Shown: positions 53,901-64,000 of the stretch, piece by piece
Layout of the letters: each line of letters begins with the position of its first letter
Numbering within the stretch: the stretch's first letter is position 1
NCBI GenBank assembly: GCA_046563655.1
Contig: CM102286.1
Location: 6,138,001 to 6,202,000 of the forward strand
DNA length: 64,000 bases
From: Yuukianura sp. NJ FZ-2021
Taxonomy: Eukaryota
Reading direction: 5' to 3'
The notes under the pieces: model-generated
What the model was told of the DNA's origin: nothing
Databases searched by the model: none
Seen by the model: only the letters and a program-made list of their open reading frames with translations
Program-made: the position numbers and the translations under genes

Positions 53901-56900
53901 AGAAGGATGAGTTAGACAGAATGACATCCGAATAAGCAACGGAGCGACCATCCGAGTCAAATGTGACGGTGATTGTTGAATGGTCGCTGACAGACACAAT
54001 GACACCAGGCATGTAGACGCAGTCCCGTTTAGCCAGTACACGATGTCCTTTCCATTCTCTTAGATCTAACACAGGCTGAGTTTGTGTCACCGGTACTGGA
54101 GTTACATCTAAAGACTTTGTACTAGTAGGCTGTTGGTCAATGTGAGGAACCTCTTCCATTTCTACAACTTCTTCATACTCAAATTCCTTCTTGATGGCGG
54201 GTAGGACAATCATGTTGTCGTTGGGGTTCGTAATACTTGTAGACGACATCCACTGCTCCTTGTTACGTACTTCGTTTTCGCTTGCGTTCTGAAACAAAAC
54301 CAACAAATATTATTAATACTGTCTATACATGTCACAAAAAAATCGAACTTCAGAAGTTTTTAATGCAAATCAAAATCCCACACTGTTGAACCTCTGGTTT
54401 TAAGGTCGAAATGGAATGAATTTCAGCAATTCCATAATGAAAACAGAATTTATGCTTGTAGAAACAAGATTATTCCCAGCAAAGTATGTGAACAAATCAT
54501 CTTGTGAACAAAAGGAGTGTATGTTTCAAAGAAGAATTCCAAGATAAATAATGAAATAGCAATGTAGCATTCAGAAAAAAGAAAGACACTTTTCTTTTGC
54601 GAGCAATCCTTGAAGAGGATCAATACTTTCCACTGTTTGAGAATAATTGTTTCCATGCTCCCATTTCTCTTCCTGAACTCAGAACTCAAGGAAGTTTAAG
54701 TCCCAGTATGACAAAAGAAAGAAAAGAAAGCATTACCTGCTGTAAAACTGCCTGGAAGGTGTACTTGCTGCTGGAGTGGTTCGTTGCCACGGGAAGTTGC
54801 TGACCATTGTGAATTTCCTCTGACTTTGTAATCAGTTCAAATCGAGCTCCTTCAAGTGAGTTGGAGCGGGATGAATGCCTGGAACTCACCAAACTACTAG
54901 CAATACTTCTAGACATTCCTTCCTTTTCTCGAACTTCTGCTGTCGTTCCCTGGGTAATGCTCCCGGTTCCAGACAAAGAGGATCGCATGTGCCCTATTGT
55001 GTGACTGTGACAGTAATCGCTGACGCTGGAATATTTCCTTTCCGGAAGTGTTAATTCCTTGTCTGAGACATGGTTCACCAGAACGTGGCGATCAGGTTGA
55101 TAAGATTGATGTAACGACGGTTGCTCTTGATGATGACGGTGATGTTGTACGTTTGGATTCAAGAGAGGAGCAATTGTAGCAAATGATGCGTCACTTAGAG
55201 TTGTCTTCAGGGGTATTGCATTATCTGAGCTGGTTGTATAAACGTACTGGACGTTACTCTGTGGTAGCTGAATCGGAGATTTGACTTTCTCTAATGTCAA
55301 ATTCAGGCCCGCCCCTTCGTCCTCGTGCATTTGATGATGTTGCCGCTGGTGGTGATATTGGTGAGAGACCGGAGAAATCTACAATAAGATAAAAAAAAAT
55401 GGTACAGATAAAGTTTACTAGAAAACTTAAGTATCGAGGGTAGATACACATTGAATCAAATTATTCAAATTACAAATACTGTAAACCTACCTTAACATGA
55501 CCACGAAAAGGTGATTGTGCAGTTGAATAAGATTGATGGTGGTATGACTGTTTCGAAGGAAGCGCATGGGAGCGCTGAATATCCGATTGTTGAAGAGAAG
55601 TGGAAATTGCACTATGAAACCGTTGTTCATGGGGAGATGGCGACCGAGTGCGCTGATAGTCGTGGGCATGACGCGCTATTTCAATATTAAAGTGTTGTGA
55701 ATTTGATTGTTGCTGTTGTGGATTGTGTTGCTGAAGATGGTGCTCAAAAGTTGAACTAGAACTACTCCTAGAACTGGTTCTAGAATGGGACCGTCCCAAG
55801 TCCATTGGTTCCTCGTTTCCATGGATATTCGTATGGACAATGTGAGTTCCATGTGGAAGTGGGCTATTGTGGACGGGAGAGGCACTGGAACTGTATCTTA
55901 AGGACGACGACTGATTTTCCTGTTGATGATATTGTTGGTGGGATGAAGTGGAGACGCTCCTACTGTTGGATGGGTAGCTGGAGTAAATGCTTGGTTTATT
56001 TACAACGTTTCCATTGGGAGCAGAGAACGAGTGAGCAATTTGGAGTAAACTTTGATGATTGGGCTTGAAGGGAGACTTGCTGGTAGTACTGTAATGTGAA
56101 GAAGGTGAGTGGTTCAAGTTAAGCGGTTCTGCGGGTCCGTTTCCATTTGAATTGTCGTGAGCAATACTGGTGACAATGACAGGAGCATGTCCAGCTTGAT
56201 GGTAAGTCGAATGGGTATCGGCTGAATTTGGTTGTGACGTTTGGGAATTGTTTTGATGAGAAATTAAGTAAGTTTGGTTTTGACTGGAACTGTTAGCGGT
56301 GTGATAACTTGGAGAAGGTGTTTCTCGGCGGTAGCCTTGTCCGCTCGGAACAATTGAAGAAGTCGGTTGAGAATTTGTAGGCATTTCGATACTGTTTCCA
56401 GAACCAGATCCAATCACAACGGCATGTTTTTGCTGCGTCTGCGTAAAGACTACACTTGGACTGCTGTTGACTGCTATTACACTTGTTGCCACAATCGATG
56501 TTGAACTGCTTTTCCCCGTAGACTCAAAATCCGACAAATCAAATTTCCGTTTCTTGGGCAGTCTATGAAAAGAATCGTTTCCACTGTCTTTTGACGACTC
56601 CTGGAATAAAACAAACTGAGAGTTAGATTTTGAATTTGAGTTGAACTATTGGAAAATTGAATAGGCAATTAAATTGCCATCTAGCTGAACCTAATAATAC
56701 GTACAAGGTAAACCGTCATCGAGTAAACTGGAATGATTATAACGTCGATCCAGAACTTCCACTCTACAACTCCCTTGTAAAACAGGTTTAAACTGGTGTT
56801 CACTAACAGAGTGAATTAAAGCGAACAAACATGAAAAGCATTTTTCTCCAGATGAATCAAAATTCCGAAACCACTTTGGGGAAAAAAAAGTAAGTAAAAC

Positions 56901-57798
56901 TTGTGTACCAATTCTAAAACTGCATTGTATGCACTTAAGCAGGCCATCATCATGCCGGAATCTGTGTGGTTTCCATTTTAATGACGAACCAAATTTTACT
57001 ACAATTGGTACACAATAGCTTTTTAGTTATGTTAACAAAATGCAAATGAGAATCAATCCAACATTACGTCCAACTTATTACGAATCAACGTAATGACTTA
57101 ATCAAAAACTGAATTACGTAATTAAAAATTAAAGTTCAACCTACCGACTTTGACGGCGTTTCTATTCTTCCAACAGCGAATTCCTCAGCGGGAGCTTTCA
57201 CCGGTGATGTTTCATTGGATCTTGATTGAGAATTCTAAAGACGTAGTCACAAATTAAAAATAAAGAACAAAGTTTACACTCCCATTTATAACTACACTTT
57301 GATTTGAAATCGTACGTTGTACTTGGATATATCATTGAATAAGAGTAACCACGCAACAGACAGCTCGACTCTATCATCAGTAGTAAAAAAAAAACCTCAA
57401 GTGCTTTTAAAGCAATCATGCTCACGATAAGATCACTCTTTTCCATCACAATCAACTAATCTCATTTCATTCTACCTCCTCTTTAACAAGTTACATTTAC
57501 TCAAAAGGCAATTCAAATAGCGATTTTGAAAACTAAATTTTCAAAACTATGATCTAACCTGAGCTGCTGGAAAACTGTGATTCTTTTCCGGTGACATATC
57601 AGTTCTGCCAATGCTGTTGCTATTGCTCACTCCAGGAGAAGCACCATTCGTCCGACTGATTGGCGTCTGCGCAGTAGCCGGTCCAGGACTTTGTTTCAGA
57701 CCGCGCGTACCAACACCGCCGCGCCTCGGCGGTGACGGAGTTGCCACAGTTCCAGCAGAGCTCCTCCCTCCGCCACGCTGCCTCTTCCGCGTTTCCAT
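47983..57798 (-). CDS. cic: Capicua (Cic-L isoform), HMG-box transcriptional repressor, 15 coding exons, 2511 aa
   Basis: Manually spliced with GT-AG junctions, all phases consistent. Exons 5'->3' on the minus strand: 57798-57559, 57234-57145, 56600-55491, 55378-54737, 54288-53863, 53787-52958, 52857-50211, 50145-49977, 49887-49805, 49720-49281, 49195-49126, 49064-48989, 48906-48778, 48666-48332, 48231-47983 (7536 nt, TAG at 47985-47983). Diagnostic motifs: HMG box [41 protein letters not shown]1 KYKKGDVV...[51 protein letters not shown]1 ...[14 protein letters not shown]. The start codon is provisional: this exon has an acceptor at 57812 and upstream exons are unresolved. Confidence 0.95.
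48157..48430 (-). other. cic: Cic C1 domain, split by intron 48232-48331
   Basis: [57 protein letters not shown] matches the conserved C-terminal C1 domain. The last exon is absent from the ORF track but splices in frame. Confidence 0.92.
49616..49669 (-). other. cic: Cic C2 motif (MAPK/ERK docking)
   Basis: [18 protein letters not shown], the conserved motif between the HMG box and C1 in arthropod Cic. Confidence 0.75.
50775..50987 (-). other. cic: Cic HMG-box DNA-binding domain
   Basis: Translation [71 protein letters not shown] is the Cic-type HMG box. Confidence 0.97.
51231..51254 (-). other. cic: Ataxin-1 (AXH)-binding motif of Cic
   Basis: PWHALLPY resembles the vertebrate CIC ATXN1-binding peptide PWHSLVPF and lies at the expected position upstream of the HMG box. 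KKRAQSLP (~51021-51044) matches the RSK/14-3-3 site region. Confidence 0.8.
53008..54070 (-). other. cic: Cic-L N-terminal Tudor-like domains and N1 domain
   Basis: [24 protein letters not shown]...[18 protein letters not shown]...[10 protein letters not shown], followed by [46 protein letters not shown]. These are characteristic of long Cic isoforms. Confidence 0.88.
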
Positions 57799-60700
57799 TT
57801 CCACGTTTTGAACTAAAAAAAAACAAAATTTTTTCCATTGAAATTTCCACTAATGTTAATGACAAAATAAAATCTATTTTCGTAACGCCGCGCCGTTTCG
57901 AAATGCACGACATTGGCCCTGAACTGTCTCCTCGTTAACCTTTCCAATGAAAAGTATCACATGCACATTGACTTTAGATAACCAGTTGCAAAAAATTGCA
58001 TTGCTGCAACTAAGAATCGCTATTACCAAAAATACATTTCCAAACTGAACAATAATTAACTAAAAGTTTACCATTAGTTGGAGCTATAATTTCTCCAGCC
58101 TTTCTACGTCCCATGGATTAGACAAAGTAAATCCAGAGTTGGTTTTTCTACGAGAGTGTCCTCTGTTCGTCCACACTCTGTCTCAGTTCGTCAATTAAAC
58201 TTGAAGTTCTTGTCCGGAATGATTTGAGAGTTTAAGTAATAATGAATTGGAGCAGGAGCCGGAGCTGTACAAGTTTCAAAATGTACGTACACACTTGTGG
58301 TTGAAGGAGATAGGACGACCATGTAGTTACTATTTAGAAATGTTTCCTCAACCTTCTTCGCCTCACTTGTTCTTTTTAGAACTCTTCCAAATTGCAATTA
58401 TGATTTTAGGAAAAACAAATCACAAAATGACATCATCTCCACCATCAGCACAGCTTCCGCAGAAGATCGCGTTTCTGAGGATGAAGATCTGAAAAAAAGA
58501 AAAAAGAATCGATTTCAGTATTCATAAAAGACTTTTATTCAACAACAAAACAAAGAAAGTTGGTAGAGACAAAGTCAATTTAATTTATCCTTGTTCCTGA
58601 AAAAATAAACCTAGTACTACTGTCAAGGAAGGAAAAACTTTTGACTTTCTCTCTGGCTTTCTAAATAATGATCGCTCTCAAAGTTCAAGTGGCACATAAG
58701 AAAAGAACCAAGCAAACCGAGTCGAGAGTTTCTCAAAATCTAGATCGCTTCAGGAAGAAACCTATTTTTTAGATCCCCAGCAACTTGCTTTTAGCAACGC
58801 GTGCAAGGAACCTTATAAGATTCAAAGTCTATGTAAGATCCAAGAACTTAGCTTGTGCTTGACTGAATAGTAAAGAAGCACTATGTGAATACTGGCAGAA
58901 GGTTCATAGGACCAAATTTGTCAGAAGAAAAAACGTCTTTACACTTTAGTACTATGTGGTTGTGATCATTTGCAGTAAGTAAGAAGGAGAAACCACATAA
59001 CAAGAGAAACGCTACGGAGAAAATAAAATCTGCCTATGTAGGCACGTTTTCCAATTGGCATAATAAGACGACTATCACCTTCCTTCTTCCAGTTTCAAGT
59101 TCCCAAGCATTTTGAACGAATAAGGGAAGATGTCAAGCTTAGGTCAAAATGTAAATCCATCTTCATTTTTGTAACCACAAAAACTAGTTGCAAATCTTTA
59201 AAAAGTTCAAGCTCTGCCCCTTCAACCTCCACTAATCGTTCAATCCATGCCTGATAAACTCAAATATTAAAACTAAATCTTGTTAGTAAAACAGTCCTTG
59301 TAAAATGTTCCTGGTAAATACTAAATCATCCATACATTATTTCATGCAACACATAGTTATAAAAATACACTCAACTGCACTTCAAAAGTTGGCGCGAATG
59401 AAAAATGTAGTCGACAACAGCAGTATGGCGGCACACAAAAAAAGTTCAACTCTTTCACACTGTATTTGAATAAACAAAAACTACATTTCTCGGAGGGAAT
59501 GAAATTTGACAAGCAGTAAAATAGCCCAGCAACAAGAAACTTCAACTGGTACTTTATACGAAAGAAATACGGACTGATTGGAGTAGTCTTGACTTGGAGT
59601 CTAACAAAACTCGCATGTCGTTGCTAGCTTCTGCTGACTCCTAACTACTTATACAAATAAAAACGGTCGCCATCACCCGTGAAAGCCAACAACTCTCCGA
59701 CCATTTAATGCCAAAAGTTAATTCACTCGGAACAAAAAGCTTCAAAGTACCTAAAAATTCCAGCGGCAGTTTGAAAAAAGTGACTCTGAAACTCCATGAC
59801 TCATCAGCGTCCTACTTAATAAACTCCACTGACTTTGCTTTTTAGTCAACTTCAACTTTATGCTATGCTAGAGAGCTTTAGCCTATTAATCACGCCGAAG
59901 AACGTATTGGCACTGAGCATGAGCACTACTGTGGTTATAATTATAAAAACGTTGAGTTTCACTATACTAAGGCACGTGATCAAAAACAATGTAATAAAAA
60001 AATCTATTTTTTAACTCACTTACTTGCGACTAACTATACCAACTGTAACTTTAATTGTGTAGCTTACAGAAAATGTAAGACTAAAATTCTAAAAAAATTG
60101 TATACGTTAGGACATAGTAATTTCAATCATGAATGCATTTTTTAGGTACTTTAGGAAACAATGCCACCATCAAAGGCTATAAAACATTAAATTTCACAAT
60201 TCGGAGACGTTTCGTCTTTTCGCGCAAATGCTATCAGCATGTGCCTGATTCTGAGTCATGCTTAAAGTAAATAACAAATAGTCTACTAACTTAAACTCCA
60301 AAATTGAACACAGTCATTTGTACAAAAGAATTTCTGAACCTCAAAAAAAATATTCAAATTGAAATCATGCGAATACGAAACTTGTAATTTTAATTTATTA
60401 TTGATTTTTAGTGAAAATACGAATTTCATGACTCACAGTCACTATAGGTGCTTGGAGACTTGTTCATCTCCAGCCACATTGGAGATACAAAAATTACAAG
60501 GCCAAAAGTCAGATTTCATTTTTCACGCAACACCGTTTAAAAACTACTCTAACCAAAAAGAACAGGATCTAAAAACCAATACACCAACGTCCATGTGGAA
60601 TTTAGTACAACTAGCTCCACGACGGCACGCCGCTCGCCTGCTCATGTTACTTTTCCAAGTTTTTTTTTTTGCGAGGAAAGTCCGTGCAATGATATTTTGC

Positions 60701-63350
60701 AAAAAGTTCAGGCAATGTCTGGCCAGTGCTAAACCAGGACAATACAAGTTGCCATGCGCTAATCTCACCTACCAATCTACACAATCAATCTCAGCATCAT
60801 TTTACCTTGTCTCTGTGCGTGCTGATTTCAACACTTGCCTCTTCTATTTCCCTGGTTTCAAGATGTAACAAAGTAACTTTTGACACTTGAGAAGTCACAA
60901 ATGTAGAGGAAATGGCAAGCCTTAAAAGCATTTAAACTTTATGGTCACATCCACCTTCACCTTCCGGCTAAAATACATAAATTCTTAACCTTATGCCTTT
61001 AGACAATTGAAAAACTACCATAAACCAGAACTTTTCCGGCTCAATACGAAACAAGATCTTGTTCACTTTTCAGGTTCTGTAAACAAAGCGAACAATGCGA
61101 AAATCAACTTTAACTGCAATCAACTATACCAAAAAAAAAATGCCAAAATGCAAAAATTACTTTACAAAAATTAGACACATTTGCACAATGGTACAAGACC
61201 GACTCAAAACTAAAACTGACTATCCACTGCCAGTTTCCGTTTTATATTTGCTATTTGCTTCGTACCTGCTAATACGATAAAAGATGAACTCTTCTAGTCA
61301 CTATGTAGCGGATATGAATAAAAAATTGCAATTAAATGTTAGCCAAAACTAACATTGGTAGTAGGAGTAGGTACTAAAAAAAAGTACAACATGATCCACC
61401 TGTCTTTTTTCCTAGAATTTTTGTTGTTCTCATACAGAACAAAGCCAAGTCGGACTTAAAACCAAGTAGCGTCTACTCTGATTTTTTTTTTTCAAAAATT
61501 TTCATTAAACTTTTTGTACACTTTTACACTACCCCTTATGTTATGCAGTGTAGTCTTCTGGCTTTAAGCCACTACTCGTAGTAAAAACGCTACCACTAAC
61601 ACCATATCTAACAATCGTAAGTAGTACTATGGGGGAGTGGTGTTACGCCACTTACTGCACTTTATACACTACCACATTCCTACCTACCCACTCACTTTTT
61701 TGTAAGGGCCAGGGTACTTAAGATTACAAATCCCAAGGAATACCACCTCTTAGGGCTTAAATTTTGAAACTTCACCCTCCAGTAGTATTTCCTTGGAATT
61801 TTCTGTATATCTTTTCCTTACAACCACTTCCATTGAGAACAAGATCCAAAAATAATTCATAATCATAACTTCTCAAACCCTCCCCCACCCATCCAACACA
61901 CAACGAACGTGAAACAAGTATTGAGAAGAAGTCAATTGAACATTTCCAATTCCACTCAACACTTACTACACTCCCAAATCCAGATCTGACAGGCCTAACA
62001 TGCCAACATTTACAATCTCCTCTAAGCCATGGATGATCAATTAAATTCTGTTTCTTTGACTTCAAGGGCACCCTGACACTAAATCCTTCCTTGGAGAAAT
62101 CTCTTGGACTTGGAATGATGAAGATGAATGCCACAAGCTAACATGTACAATGGCTCACACAAGTTTTTGGGATATCAACACACGAAACGTTTTCAAGAGC
62201 CTCCCCATAGTAATATCCTCCGGTTTGACGTGCGAACAGAATTGTGTTTGTAATAATACATAAAATGAAGAGGATCTACCTGTTGTTACCTTGATACTTT
62301 TTAACGCCTCATAGCCTTACCACTACCAAAACTTTTACATCCTTCGTCCTGCTGCTGTTGCTAGGTTAGGAATTTTTTTTTATCCTGGCTCGACAGTCTC
62401 ATCAAAACTTGTTCAAGTTTATAACAACGCTTTGGACACTACACAAAGGAATTGGAGTCTCAAACCTGTCCACGTTCATGTAAAGGAAGCAGCAGGTGTA
62501 TTACAAAATAAAACAAACTTGGCAATTGTACTGGGCAAATTATGATGTCACAAAAAAACTGAAATTTGATTCCTTAATTTCAAAAGAATTTGAGAAAACA
62601 AATTCACGTAGACTCAGCGCACCTCCGCTCCCAGTTTCAGTCAATGGACATTTCGGTCGTCCGACCGAAAGTGACATTTGGACATTTCGGACCGACGCCT
62701 TTCAGTAGTATACTGAAATGCCCGAACTCATTTTAACATTATAGAAAGCACGGTTGAGGGTATGGTTAAGGTTACCACATATCGCATGAGCATACCGTGT
62801 ACGCATTTTGGTCGGACTCGATCATATCAGTCGTTTCAAACATTTCAGACAAAAATTTGAAGAAGTGACCGAAACCGGGAACACTGTATGCCTGTTGCGA
62901 TCAAACTTGACTTGGGAAAGACTGTCAGAAATTTCTTCATGAATAAAAAACTCCAGCATAATTGTAATTTAGGCTAACCAAGTTATGAATTTGTGAACAA
63001 ACTAGCCTATCAAAAATAATCAAAAAATCAAAGAATGAATTAATAAATTCAGTTCTGGAGGATTTTGTTGATCAATGAAGATAATGACGGAACCAAATGC
63101 AAAGGCTTCCAAGGTCTTACATACTACAACTCCAAAGCATTGTTCAATTTTTTATACTGTACAAAACAAAGGACAGCTTCAGTAGTACTTTAAGATCGTC
63201 AGAATAACAGCAAGTGAACAACGTGTTGGGCTTATGCAATGCTAACCATCTTTCCGTCACGTTTACTGGGGAAGAAGGCGAGTCTTTCCTACACTCCGTG
63301 TCCATCTAGAATCTCTAAAACTATCCTGACAACAGTTATTCTCTAATATA

Positions 63351-63407
63351 CTAAAAGTCCAAAGTAAAAATGACTGTCTAGGCAGTCATTTCAGTTTAGA
63401 CTTTTAG
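63351..63407. repeat. 57-nt imperfect inverted repeat (fold-back)
   Basis: CTAAAAGTCCAAAGTAAAAATGACTG-TCTAGG-CAGTCATTTCAGTTTAGACTTTTAG. Arms pair over ~25 bp. Confidence 0.8.
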
Positions 63408-64000
63408 GTTTTGAATTCAGAGAAAAGTATTTGAAAGAAACATTATGAAACTTTAACATCATCTTCATCGCATCATCATTGCGCGTCTTCTCTCCCGCCC
63501 TTCTAACGAACCTCGCAAAGATTTTTAAATACCTCTTCATCATCATCATGAACAGAGAGCAAGTTGTTCAGATGCCAAATCTCCAATGCATCATTTTTGC
63601 TCCTCTTTTTTAATTTTTTCCCCCGTTTGTACCATGTTCACGGCCGTTGTGCTTTAATTCCTGCTCGTCGTTACAACTATAAAACTAAAAACAGAACAAA
63701 ATTACTTTACTCATAACATTTCCACTTTCCTGTTTGTGTAAAATAAAGAAACAAAAACGCTCGGCTCCGGACGGAAGTTGGAGCACTTGAAGCCACGTAT
63801 TTTTAAAATTCAAAGAAAAATGTCAGTGAAGGGGGCAGGATAGGCAAGAACAATGGGCTAATAGCAAAGGGAGTTCTCTGTTCCATGATTTAAAGCACTG
63901 ATAAGGGATTTTTATTCTAAAATTTAATGTTATGCTGATGAATACTTTGTATTTTAACACAGGAGCTTCAACCAGCACAACCAACAAGCATTAAATGTTT

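Noticed and set aside
61772..62134. 120-aa minus-strand ORF upstream of cic
   Set aside because: Non-ATG start, no domain and no in-frame splice link to cic. HPWL alone is not evidence of a kinase.
4862..62648. Scattered Cic-binding octamers T(G/C)AATG(A/G)A suggesting autoregulation
   Set aside because: About a dozen dispersed hits, in line with chance for AT-rich DNA, and no cluster.
1..64000. CRISPR arrays, operons, prokaryotic defence systems, tRNA/rRNA genes
   Set aside because: The DNA is spliceosomal-intron-containing eukaryotic sequence. I saw no regularly spaced direct repeats, cloverleaf or rRNA signatures.

Overview
AT-rich eukaryotic (animal, probably arthropod-like; inference from short GT-AG introns, the Cic motif set and CCTAA-like tracts) genomic DNA, not prokaryotic. 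Two protein-coding genes can be built from the sequence. (1) A 15-coding-exon capicua (cic) gene on the minus strand (47983-57798, 2511 aa from the first in-frame ATG). It is the long Cic-L form, with Tudor-like and N1 domains, an Ataxin-1-binding motif, HMG box, C2 and C1. (2) A 3-exon plus-strand gene (6933-7967, 287 aa) that the ORF track shows only in fragments. It encodes a signal peptide, almost no ectodomain, one TM helix, a Cys cluster and a disordered tail with an ITIM-like motif, which is the architecture of a transmembrane adaptor. In the ~39 kb between them (8.3-45.5 kb) I found no gene I can support. It reads as decayed transposon debris (piggyBac-like, hAT-like, possibly pogo- and Copia-like remnants), with several strong DNA palindromes, telomere-like tracts, and a perfect IR1 (ecdysone-response-type) element plus two DR1 sites around a GC-rich block. 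I found no rRNA, tRNA or CRISPR array, and nothing that amounts to a demonstrable new multi-gene system. The best leads are the adaptor-like gene, the nuclear-receptor element cluster and the twin palindrome at 17.8 kb.
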